DNA of 63,742 bases, filler included, from Octopus bimaculoides (GCF_001194135.2; 6 parts of 6 records of this genome joined end to end with filler, not necessarily neighbours in it), one strand, 5' to 3'; shown: positions 51,354 through 62,905, counted from the first letter of the whole stretch. Numbers and translations are program-made. The notes: a model not told the origin generated them from the sequence alone.

Positions 51354-51736
51354 GAGTTGTTGTTGGCACTCTGTCGCTTACGTCGAGGGTTCCAGTTGAT
51401 CCGATCAACGAACCAGCCTGCTCGTGAAATTAATGTGCAAATGGCTGAGCACTCCACAGACACGTGTACCCTTAATTCTCGAGGATATTCAGCGTGACAC
51501 AGAGTATGACAAGGCTGGCCCTTTGAAATACAGGCACAACAGAAACAAGAAGTAAGAGTGAGAGAAAGTTGTGGTGAAAGGGTACAGCAAGGTTCGCCAC
51601 CATCCCCTGCCGGAGCCTCGTGGAGCTTTAGGTGTTTTCGCTCAATAAACACTCACAACGCCCAGTCTGGGAATCGAAACCACGATCCTACGACCGCGAG
51701 TCCGCTGCCCTAACCACTGGGCCATTGCGCCTCCAC
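51354..51736 (-). mobile_element. Full-length SINE family 1 copy with a 10-bp TSD
   Basis: Highly similar to 4580-4970; TSD AGACATGAAT at 51344-51353 and 51739-51748. Confidence 0.93.
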
Positions 51737-51797
51737 AAAGACATGAATATATACAGAATAAATAGAATACTTTGCAATTGTTTTATAGTGAATAAAA

Positions 51798-51848
51798 TTT
51801 ATTTCTCCATATATTACATTCTATGTGGTCTCTTTTCACTTCTTTATT
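51798..51848 (-). terminator. Candidate polyadenylation signals of the C-terminal SAFB portion
   Basis: AATAAA on the minus strand at 51843-51848 and 51798-51803, about 430-470 nt past the stop, with U-rich sequence downstream. Confidence 0.35.
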
Positions 51849-52271
51849 ACATTCTGTGGTTGATCTTCTTCCCCTCTCCTCCACTTTCGTAAATACAATG
51901 TATCTGGGCTCCTACCCCTCCTCTTTCATTAATGTATAACAACTGTAGGAAATGTGTGTGTCAGGAATAACAGTATAAAATATAGCAACAAATATGAAGG
52001 AAATAAATATATTAAGACAGTAATGTAAGAAAGAGTAGAGTGGAGTTAGGGAGAAGGCAACGTGTGTGTGTGTGTGTGTGTGTTAAAATATGGAAGGACA
52101 AAAATATGATTGGATGTCCAAGAACCAAGCACTACGTGACAAATGGAATGCAGGATGTGGCTGATATATTGGCTGGAGGGCAGGGTTTTGTTATCTGTCT
52201 CAGAGACTTTCTGCACCTCCAAAATCAAACACCTCACCATGACTCTCACACTTCAGTCCTCAGTTTGGATT

Positions 52272-52618
52272 TCACATAGATCCCATAATACTGTAAGCAT
52301 CAAAACGAGGTTCTTGCATACGTCCACTCGTATTACTACCACTACCACCACCACCACGTGTAACCATCATGATCCCACTATGTGACTGAGAGTTGCCAAA
52401 CGTGTTACCAGGTCCCAAGTTCTGCCCCATCCCCCCACTGTTACCGGGTCTGTTATTGTCAACAAATGCCCCACTGGCATCACGCCCCGTTTTGTGCATG
52501 GGGTTACTAAGCCACGGTTCATTGGATTGGTCCATGTCTCCATGCATGTGGGACCAGTTGTCCACTTTCCTATCAACACTGCCAGAATCCCAAGGAGATC
52601 TCTGGTCAGGTCCACCAC
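52272..52618 (-). CDS. SAFB: SAFB-like terminal coding exon, Gly-rich, ending EPRFDAYSIMGSM*
   Basis: Acceptor tttcttctttccag|GT (phase 1); open to TGA at 52274-52272. G/S/N-rich tail with an RFDAY motif typical of invertebrate SAFB/SLTM C-termini (recalled, not searched). Confidence 0.85.
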
Positions 52619-53080
52619 CTGGAAAGAAGAAAACAGAAAATGTATTAATGAATACACGAATATGAAAAATAAAGCGTGAAAGGAATTGATGTCAAAATAA
52701 AATGAAGAGAATATTGATGAAAAGAAAAGACAAAAGAGATATGGAGAAGAACAGGGCTTAATCCTTTAGCATTCAGATTACTCTGTTGAAAGTAATGTTT
52801 TTTCATTCACATTGTTTTGAATTAGTCATGCATTATCTTGTAGCTTCAAGATTTTGATGAAGTGATTGTTTATTTTGAGAATGACACTGTAGGGGAGGTG
52901 TGAGAAGCCAGATCTAGTTGAACATAAAACAAGTAAAATATCTGGGCCCAACATCAGTGGTTTAAGTGCTACAGAGTTAAAAGAAAGAAATAGAGAAGGA
53001 TAGCTACAAAATGCTTTAAGAAGTGGGTGAAATTTTACTTGAGAGAGAGAAATGATTGAAAGAAGTGAGTGGAAGCTTAC

Positions 53081-53220
53081 CAACAGAATTTCTCACCCTG
53101 CCCAATCTATCGTGAGATGACATATTTCGTCGGTCATTATCACGTCCTCGATCAGAACCAACATATCTTTTATCAGGCTCTCCACTTGGTCCCATATCTC
53201 TTCTTAATTCAAAGGGCATC
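53081..53220 (-). CDS. SAFB: SAFB-like penultimate exon (MPFELRRDMGPSGEPDKRY...RVRNSV)
   Basis: Acceptor caacatacag|G (phase 2); donor TTG|GTAAGC (phase 1) fits the last exon. Confidence 0.8.
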
Positions 53221-53588
53221 CTGTATGTTGAGGTAAACCAGATACAAAATTAAACAAATTACTTTATAAATGTTTAGCAACATACTGTACAAAGGACAAT
53301 ATATACAACCTGAGCAACTGATCAACATTCACCTATATAGAACCTTGTTTACATCAACACTGACCCATATGGAGACTGGCATACATGCCAACATTAACCT
53401 CTAACAGAGATTGGTGTATACACCAAAACTAACCTGCATAGAGGCTAATGTGTGCATAAACTTTGACTGATTTGAAGGATAAGGTTTGTAACAAAAGCCA
53501 GATACCAGCTAGTGTGTAGAATAATAGTGACCAGTAGAAAGATACAAAATCAAAACAAAAAAGTCAGATTTAAAAAAACACAAATTAC

Positions 53589-53774
53589 CTGTTGAGTTTT
53601 TCATCTGTTCGAGAACGATCTTCAGCTCGTCTTTCATCTCTGACTCGAATATCTCGGAAAGGACCCATTTCCCTTCTCATCATTTCTCTTTCTTTACGTT
53701 CATCATAGCGACTTCCACCTTCGAAAGATCTACTGTCCCTTCTACCATAATCAGTATTCTCATATTCATTATAG
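53589..53774 (-). CDS. SAFB: SAFB-like R/D/E-rich exon (YNEYENTDYGRRDSRSFEGGSRYDER...DEKLNR)
   Basis: 186 nt, phase 2-2; acceptor ttttctctttcag|C, donor AG|GTAATT. Confidence 0.85.
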
Positions 53775-54649
53775 CTGAAAGAGAAAAAGGAAGATGAAAT
53801 TAGATAAGTATCCAATATACAATAAGATATGACAACTATTATGTTGATGCTTACTGAGGCAGAAACAAATATCTAAATCTGTCCTCTTGCTTGCAGAGAA
53901 AGCAGACTGCCTTTTCCTTAATCGTATAACAATTTCAGAGAACTCTTGGTTCTTTAGATTGTATCTCTTCCTCATTCAGAATCAGTAGCAATTACCAGCA
54001 GGTCTTTGTTTACCTTCTCTCAAAGCAACAACAATTTCTATAAATCAGAATTGATTTTGTATAGTATTTAGAATACCTTTGTTCACTTTGTTGTCAAAAT
54101 TGAAGCTATTGACCACCGAGTTTATACACACACCTCACATTTACAAACTGGATTATATACCTCGAATATAATTTAATCTCTCGTCACTTCGCATACAGTT
54201 GCCTCCTTCTTTACTGTGGTCCCGCTCAGTTGAATGAAAAAAAAAAAAGCACTTAGTTCAAAGAAACCATGCTAAAACAGATACTGGAGCATGATGCAGT
54301 CCTTCATTCGATTAGGTCCTGTCAAACCATCGGTGTCAGTGAGGAATACCAGAGCCAGGTTTCAGGGCTGTGGTGGAGGATGAGAGCAGCCACTCTAACT
54401 GAAGAGTTATCTTGCAGATATAATCTAGTTGGTATTTTTTGATTTTTAAAAAAATACATTTATTTTTCGATGGGACAGTGTTTCCTTTCCTTTTTGTACA
54501 AACTGTCAAATTTCGCCTCAACACTCTCTAAGCACACACATATAAAACAGGCCAAAGATTGAGAAACGCAAAAGAAACTTTAATTTAGAACACTAGCCAG
54601 GTAATAAGGATTCGATGACAACATATCATCTTCACCACTCACAACTTAC

Positions 54650-54793
54650 CGTGATTCATTCTGGAATGGAAGTTCAAATCTAGAGGGGTGGCCAGAACTG
54701 ATCATCCTGGATCGTTTAGGTTCATCCCAGAGTTCATCACGAAGACGGTTCCGATCATGAGGTTTTTTTGCAGGATGTCTCATTTCATTTAAC
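54650..54793 (-). CDS. SAFB: SAFB-like exon (LNEMRHPAKKPHDRNRLRDELWDEPKRSRM...QNESR)
   Basis: 144 nt, phase 2-2; acceptor gtttcatatcag|G, donor CG|GTAAGT. Resembles the SAFB RRP...D...W.E.KR motif after the coiled coil. Confidence 0.85.
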
Positions 54794-56346
54794 CTGATAT
54801 GAAACAAAAAAACAGCAAAATCAAGTAAAGAACAGCTGTATTGAATGACAAGCAGCTAAAGGATAAGATAACATAGTAAACAACATTAACTTTCAACAAT
54901 CAACCACCAGGACACCGGTTGCACTAACAATGTTGCCTCTGTGCAGTCCTCGAATGTACCAGAACCAGCATGCAAAATGTCCTCAAATTATCCCCCAACT
55001 GTCTTGAGAGAAAAACAAAATGTTGGATGCACTGGATAATGTAGTCCAACATTATGTCTGAGAGAAGAAAAACAAAAAACAAAGCTGGAACACCTTTAGG
55101 TCTGCTCCATCTGAGCTGACTTAGGTTTAAACAAACCCACCACCAATGAGCTGATATCCACATAACAAAAATATGGCAATAAAAAGCCCCCAAATCAAAA
55201 TTATGTAATGACATACCAAAACAGATAATGGACTTAATTTCTTGCTACTAATTAGCTAAAGATAATTTCATGTCAATATATAAAATTGCTTTGTAGACCT
55301 GCTGTTGTCATTCATTGTGTCAATACTGATCTACAACATAAAGTACTCGTTTCAGTCACGAGCAGTGGAATATAGAGATTTGGCTGCTATTGCTAGCAGA
55401 TCAAGCTGCTACATCACATACATGCTTCCACAAAGTGGTTTTGTTGCCATTTTTTTTTTTATTAACATGACTGCCACCTAAAAAGCACCTGTGCTAGAAC
55501 CACATGTGAAGCATCCACGTTGTTGCCCTGTAAAAAGCACCCAGTACATTCTGTAAAGTGGTTGCATTAGGAAAGGCATCCAGTCATAGATACTATGCCG
55601 AAACAGACAAATGGACACTGGTGCAGCTCTCTGATGGGCCAGTTCCTGTCAAACCGTCCAACCCATGCCAGAATGGAAAACGGACATTATGTGATGATGA
55701 TGATGATGAATGGTTGCGTTTAGGCTGTTGGATAAGTTAAGTCAGATGTGATGTGAACACCACTGGTTCATTGTCTTGCATCCTCTATCATGAGATCAAC
55801 AGATCAGTATTACAATATCTTTACATACACAAGAATCCCATTTGAAATTACTTTCCACAATTAGGAAAAGTCCTACATCCTAATCACCAATCCAACAAAC
55901 AAAACAAACATGAAATTATCCAAGGGGAATAAAATATAATTCAATCAAGTAAGTTGTATCAAAGACCTCCCATCCCAAAAAAAACCCAATAAGTTTGTCA
56001 TAAATATTTAGAAACTTTGAGAGAATGTGAAATAATTCATTCTCATCTGCAGAGCTCGAAGAAGATGAAGCTACAAATAATAACATGTACATATTGGCTT
56101 AATAATGTTTACATATAGAAAAAGTCAAAGGCTGCCTGTGGGACAATGGTAGAATGTCTGTCAAATTTACAGAAGATGTAGGTTCATGCTCAAGGGTAGC
56201 CTTTTGGCGTTTTCAGTCCAAAAGGGGTTCCTAGACCCAATATTTACATGATGTTATTTATGGTTTTATCTACTTTAAATTCTACAGATAAAAATTAATC
56301 ATTAAATTGACAGCATAAGAGTAACAACGCAACTTATCTCACTTAC

Positions 56347-56454
56347 CGCATCTCTACGTCACGCCTTTCCATTTCAAGAAGTTCTTTTTCCATCCTGTAT
56401 CTTAATAGTTTCTCTTTCTCCAGCTTCATTTTCTCCAGTTTCATTCTCTCCAAC
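56347..56454 (-). CDS. SAFB: SAFB-like exon B, copy 2 (LERMKLEKMKLEKEKLLRYRMEKELLEMERRDVEMR)
   Basis: 108 nt, phase 2-2; same acceptor context as copy 1, donor CG|GTAAGT. Confidence 0.82.
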
Positions 56455-57636
56455 CTGAAAAGTGTGAAAGAATATAAAGATAACATTAAGAATTTAAACA
56501 TCAAAATAAAAAAAAAAACTGACAATCCTTGCCTCACCAACTTGTATGTACCCTGACATGTTACTCTGCCAGAATATCCAAGAAACGTTCTTTTGAAACT
56601 AGAGGAAATTAAGTATTTGTCACCTTCAAAAACACATTTCACCCCTTGGAAAAGGGAAGTGAGTCAAGAAGATAAAATAACAGATAGAGTATCAGTCTGC
56701 TAAATCACAAATCATCATCACTGTGAGATGGACAAAGAGACTGGAGTCTTAAATAAACATTCACCCAACACTTAATGAGTACCATGTGGAGCTGTCATTT
56801 TCAAACACAAAATACATAAATAATATAGTACTACAGATACCCTCCCAACAAAAAAAAGGTGGGGAACAGTTAAAATTATAAGGTCTTTGATCATAGGCCT
56901 GAATGATAACTAAACAATACAAAGAAAACTTTACTACAAGAACAGAGAAACTGTCTAATAATCATCTCTTTAACTTTCTCTGTTCAATTCTTCCTTAGGT
57001 TTTGAACATGTATGCGTACAATGTATGTGAACATGTATGCAATAGGTGTACGTACATATGTTTTGTGTATGCATGCGTGTGTGTGTCACTGAAGCCAGTC
57101 ATAGATACATACACAACCTCTCTCTCTCTCACATATACACACACCAGCAACATTACTCTCTGTGTCTCTTCATACACACTAATGAAAGAACTTCACATAC
57201 ACACCACACTTTCTGTCTCTCACACCCCATCAAACACACACACATGGCACGCCAACTTCAAAAGAACTTCCCTGATCTAATCACACTGTCTCAGTCTCTT
57301 TCGCTTTCACGCCGACTTCAAAAGATCCCCTTTTCCCTCACCCCACATATATAAAAATTTTTAAAAATTTTTACAGAAAGCGATGATCTTCTTCAGAAAC
57401 ATAAACAAATACACATGCTTTAAGAAGCTATAAACACAGTTCTCATATCGAAAGATCGCCTAGTTTCCATTTATGAAAGCATTGGTCAACCCAAGACTAT
57501 GACAGAGACCACCCGTCCAAAATGATGCACAATGACACTGAATTTGATATTACGGAGGTGTGAAGTAAACTTGTTACCCGCCAAATCATGCAGTTCTGTC
57601 TTAAGCAGTTTAAACATGAATGCACTTTTAACAAAC

Positions 57637-57690
57637 CTTATCTTCTTTCTAACACTGTCCAATCTTATGGCCTCCTTCCTTCTTCAGTTT
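57637..57690 (-). pseudogene. Partial duplicate of the 3' end of exon A (EAIRLDSVRKKIR) with its donor
   Basis: Similar to 58358-58410 and followed by the same intron sequence (57470-57636 resembles 58188-58357). No own acceptor; starts about 35 nt after exon B copy 1. Confidence 0.6.
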
Positions 57691-57724
57691 CCATAACAGT
57701 AACAACATAATCTGTCTCACTCAC

Positions 57725-57850
57725 CGCAACATCTCAGCTGAATGCATCTCTACATCACACCGTTCTATTTCAAGAAGTTCTTTTTCCATTCTGTATCTTA
57801 ATAGTTTCTCTTTTTCCAGTTTCATTTTTTCCAATTTCATTTTCTCTAAC
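57725..57850 (-). CDS. SAFB: SAFB-like R/E/K coiled-coil exon B, copy 1 (LEKMKLEKMKLEKEKLLRYRMEKELLEIERCDVEMHSAEMLR)
   Basis: 126 nt, phase 2-2; acceptor ctttcacacttttcag|G, donor CG|GTGAGT. Confidence 0.72.
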
Positions 57851-58357
57851 CTGAAAAGTGTGAAAGAATATAAGGATAACATTAAGAATTTAAACGGATA
57901 ATTTAATGACTTTGCTCTCCTTTTGCTAAAATTTCCAAATTCCACCTAAGCTACAATTACTATGTAAAAAAACTATTCAAAACATAACAGTACTTAAGTT
58001 TTTAAGACATAGCAGTATTTAAAGTGCTTTCTCAGTGTCTCCAAGACAGAAGGGAAGAAGTTATCCTTAGATTAGAGACCAGGCCTAAAAGTTTGGAAAA
58101 GCGTGTACTCTGTTAAAGGCACCCAAGGATCAGATGTAGTTTTAAACAAGACAACAAAATAATTCTGCCTACAGACAGCTTTTAACATAGTTTCCATCTA
58201 TGAAAGCATTGGCCAACCTAAGATTATGATAGGAAATACCTGTCCAATATGATGCAGAATGACCCTGAATTTGGTATCATGGAGGTGTGAAGTAAACTTT
58301 TTTCTCACAAAATCATGCTGTTCTACCTTAAACAGTGTGAATGCACTTTTAACAAAC

Positions 58358-58535
58358 CTTATGTTCTCTCTAACTTTGCCCAATATTTTCGCCTCCTCCT
58401 TCTGTTTCCGTAAGACATCCTGCGGACACATATGATCTTTCAACCAACGCCTCTCCTGTACCCGACGATTTTTTTGTCTCTGACGTGAACGCTGTCTTTC
58501 TCTTTCCTTTGTCAAGAAATTTGGTGGGGTTTTGT
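58358..58535 (-). CDS. SAFB: SAFB-like R/E-rich exon A (KERERQRSRQRQKNRR...KVRENIR); 5' boundary uncertain
   Basis: Open frame resembling the ERERQRQRERE coiled-coil entry of SAFB. Donor AG|GTTTGT (phase 2) matches the next exon. No canonical AG acceptor follows the pyrimidine tract. Confidence 0.6.
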
Positions 58536-60134
58536 TTTTATTTTCAAGAATGGAATATGGAAAGAGAATAATTATTAAATAGCAAAGAATAAAATCAACA
58601 AAGAAAACATCTTAAAAGTAAATAACCATACAAAATAAGACTTGATATGATACAAAGAGCCAGTGACATAAAATATGGCAAATCTAAATACCACAATAAT
58701 TTAATACAAACATCTCAGATAGATTTTAGCAGTTCTGTATAGCACTAAAAGCTGCTACCCTGATATCGTAATACCCTTATATCCTGATACAAATAGGAAA
58801 ATCTCTTTGTTTTACATAATTTTTCCACACTAGACTAGGAGCTACATTTCCCTCTTCTAGCTAACTATTCAACCTTGAAGTAAATGTGGAATAAATTTTA
58901 TCAGTTGAGCAAACTTGAGTAAGTACAATTATATAATTTATTACAGGAAATAGGACACAATATTACAGATGTACAAAGATTTGAACTTCTACTCTTGTTG
59001 CCAATAGTCCAGTGTTTTACACCCACAGTCACAGTGCCTCTATTCAAATGAAATAGTTGACCTACTTCCACCTAATCTGGTTTGAAACTTCATTACATGT
59101 TCTATACTGCAACAGCCACAACAGTTACTACCACAACTATTGTGACTATTGCAGAGTCACATCTGAATCAATCAGCCTAATTTAAACAATTTCTTTAGGT
59201 TACATCTCAGCCATGCTAAACACTAAGACCTTCATTGGACCAACAATGCACTTCAAATTTAACATCCCAGTTATGATCAGTTTTAAGGCAGAGGAGCTGT
59301 ATCTCATGATTTCAAGAAGACATCAGGGATGANNNNNNNNNNNNNNNNNNNNNNNNNNNNNNNNNNNNNNNNNNNNTTAATTAATTAANNNNNNNNNNNN
59401 NNNNNNNNNNNNNNNNNNNNNNNNNNNNNNNNTATATATATATTGGAGAATGATGAAAATCGTCCCAGCCGCGGCTAGCAAGAACACCAGATGCTTTTCA
59501 GCCTCGTTAAGCCTTGTCATTAGCACATACTCACACTCACCCAAATGTTTAGATAAAATTTGTCACTTACAGTATGTAGGATGACAGTAAAATTCATTGC
59601 CTTATCCTTAGGTGATGATATGTAAGGTGGCCATCACTAAAACCTGGCCGCATAAACCAGCGGATGCAAAGATAGAAATAAACAAACTCTAACTTCCCGT
59701 ATCGCCATACAAGGAAGATTCATGAAAGTTACTGTAATTCATACACAACATTTAATGTCAATTCATTAACCCTTCAAATCTTCCTTGCTCTAATCAATAC
59801 ACGCAGAATATAATTATAGAAAGTCATTCAACGAATACAATGTTTGAATTAAATAACACTTTCATCAACAAGATGGAGAATACTTTACCCCATACACCCA
59901 ATACACCCACTGAGAAAAATTAGGACATCGCCTTACGTACAAAACCCTCACTGAGAGATAACTCAATAGCGCGTTCTTTTTTAGATACACCGGAAAGGAA
60001 AACGAGCTCATATTAGCTAAATACAAACATTTCCAACTAAAACATGAAATGAAAATTATTGTACGATCAAGATCTCAAAAGAATGGAAAGTAAAAAAGAG
60101 AAAAATTATATATTTGTGTCTGCGTGCGTGCATG

Positions 60135-60189
<55 letters not shown>

Positions 60190-60605
60190 CGTGTGGCATA
60201 TAATTATGTTAATCCATTATTCACTTTTTCCATAAAATGATAAGTTTTAGTCTTAGTTAATAAAAATTTTCTCCTTGATTGTTATATTTATTGACAATAT
60301 GTTACATATATCTACAATTTTAAATGGTTACCCTTTGCTTTCACCATAACATTTAATCTTTTCTCATCTTGTTTTATTATTTTTCAAGTCTTTATACCAG
60401 CCATTTCCAATGCTCCAAGCTTTTCATGTGTTCTTTATGCCGCCATATTTAATTAAGATTATGCAATATAACAGAGTGTTAGGAAGCGTTCTACAGTTGC
60501 TATCATTTTTGTGAATATAAGTATTTCAATTTATGTTTGAATGTTCGGTAAATTATTGTGTTTAAACAATGGGTAAGAGTTAAAATGCAGCACCCGGTGT
60601 ATATT

Positions 60606-61110
60606 CAGGGTGCGAGGGGTAAATTGTCGCCATTTTATATTTTTAATTTCCCGCATTGTTTGTTTTTATTTTCTCTACTACACTATACAGTAGGGTCAGT
60701 TGGGCACCGTCTACGAGAAAAACAGCAACATGACGCAATTCACCCTGACAGAAATTTGGAAACGTCATGCTGTACTGCTTGGCATTCGCGCTTGAAGCTC
60801 CATTACGAGCAGATAGTGAACATAAAGAACAACTGTTGGCTTGCCGTGTCCCGAAACATGTACTGAGAGTGATAAAAATCAAACATCCAGTCAACATGAT
60901 GTTGTTTTAAGTGATCATTAGTGATGGCGACGTTATGCCTCCATTCATCTTCCCACACGGCCTCAGACTCAACATGGAGGTCTACCTCGAGTGACTGGAG
61001 GAGGTAGAGCTGCTCTGGGTCAAGAGGCTGACTGCTGGAAGACTCTATGTCTGGCAACAGTACTTTGCAACAAGCCACACATGCAAGAGAACCACATCAC
61101 ATCTAATATC
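60606..61110 (+). mobile_element. Internally deleted maT/DD37D element
   Basis: TIR-like CAGGGTGCGAGGGG at 60606; MTQFTLTEIWKRHAVLLGIRA from 60730; then KHPVNMML..IISDGDVMPPFIFPHGLRLNMEVYLE..EEVELLWVKRLTAGRLYVWQQ. Confidence 0.85.
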
Positions 61111-62055
61111 TGGCCACCCACCCCTCCTCATTTTCTTCCCCTTTTTTCTTTGCCTAAAACCCCGTTTACGGATACGGAAATTCCGGAAAATTGCCGAAAA
61201 TTGGCATTTTGAAATTTTGGCACCCCCTTCCTCCCAACCCCGAATTTCTTCATTTTTTTCACTGTTTTTCCCGTAACCCTAAAACCCTAAAACCCTAACC
61301 CTAACCTTAACCGTAACTACAAAAATTTTGAGAATTCTTTTCATAATCATAATTTCCATATTTTTCAGCATATTTTTTTTAAATTTCTTAATAAAGTTNN
61401 NNNNNNNNNNNNNNNNNNNNNNNNNNNNNNNNNNNNNNNNNNTTAATTAATTAANNNNNNNNNNNNNNNNNNNNNNNNNNNNNNNNNNNNNNNNNNNNGA
61501 GCCACCCATACCTGGGTACAACTCACTCAACAAGAACTCCCCACTTGAGTGGACCATGATACCACAAGACTTAAAAAGGATTTAGATAATCCTATCAGGT
61601 GGTGCTATTAAGTTAAACATGGCCTGGACCAATCTTTGGTTGAAACATATCAAAGTTTTATCTAAGATATACAGATGTACATATGCATCATCATCATCAT
61701 CATTGTTTAACATCCACTTTCCATGCTGGCATGGGTTGGATGGTTTGACTGAGGACTGGCAAGCCAGCAGGCTGTATCAGGTTTCATTCTGATCTGGTAA
61801 GGTTTCTACAGTTGGATGCCCTTCCAAATGCCAACCACTACAAGAGTGAAGTGGGTGATTTTACGTGGGCCAGTCAGGCAGTCCTGGCACCAGCCACACA
61901 TGAAGGGTGCTTTTTATGTACCACCAGCACAGGAGCTTGTCAGGTAGCACCAGCAACAACCATGCTCAAATGGTGCTTTTTACATGCCACTGTATATATA
62001 TGTATACATATATATGTATATATATATGTATGTATGTATGTGTTTGTGTACTAAA

Positions 62056-62340
62056 GGCCTGTGGCTTAGTGGTTAAAGTGTCCTGCTCTCAATTGCAAGG
62101 CTGTGAGTTCCCGGTGGTGGTGTTGTGTCCTGCCATTCAGCTGGCAGAAAGGAGTTGTACATGGGATTCAAAAAGGGCCATTCTTGTCCCATTCTCAGTC
62201 ACACTGAACCTCCATAAGAACTATGTTAAGGATTATGCAATGTCTGTGGAGTGCTCAGCCACTTGTATGCTAATTTCACAAGCAAGTCGTTCCATTGATC
62301 AGATCATTGAGCACTCATCGTCATAACTGACGGGAATGCC
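62056..62340 (+). mobile_element. Older, diverged SINE family 1 relative
   Basis: Retains the gtctgtggagtgctcagccactt...aatttcac.agca central domain and a degenerate tRNA head. Confidence 0.7.
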
Positions 62341-62535
62341 TGTTAGTTACATATGCATACGTACACACACACACACACACATATATATATACACACACGT
62401 AAATACATACATTTATATGTATATAAATGGGAGAATTTACGAAAAAAACAACAGACGAGGACAGGTGGTGTAAACAACAACAGGATGTATTAGTTTAACG
62501 CTCGGGAATAGAGAAAGTCTTTAACGTTTCGAGCA

Positions 62536-62905
62536 CCGTTAATGGCACCTGTGCCCAGCATCGCCTTGCTGGCACTTGTTCTGGATGGCATGTGTAAAGA
62601 CATTCGAGCGAGATCGTTGCCAGTGCCACCGAACTGGCTCCTGTGCAGGTGGCACGTAAAATACACCATTCTGAGTGTGACCATTGCCAGTACCACCTGA
62701 CTGGCCCTCGTGCCAGTGGCACGTAAAAGCACCGACTACACTCTCGGAGTGGTTGGCATTAGGAAGGGTATCCAGCTGTAGAAACTCTGCCAAATCAGAT
62801 TGGAGCCTGGTGCAGCCATCTGGTTCACCAGTTCTCAGTCAAATCATCCAACCCATGCTAGCGTGGAAAGTGGACGTTAAACGACGACGATGATGATGAT
62901 GATGA
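62536..62905 (+). mobile_element. Non-autonomous element with a (GAT)n tail (family 4, RTE-tail-like)
   Basis: ...ggttggcattaggaagggtatccagctgtagaaactctgcc...ccaacccatgctagcgtggaaagtggacgttaaacgacgacgatgatg. Other copies at 61686-61990 (-), 55480-55710 (+), 50690-50750 (+) and 44075-44225 (-). Confidence 0.8.

Noticed and set aside
60439-60449. YY1-like GCCGCCATATT motif
   Set aside because: Short motif with no associated gene start; expected by chance.
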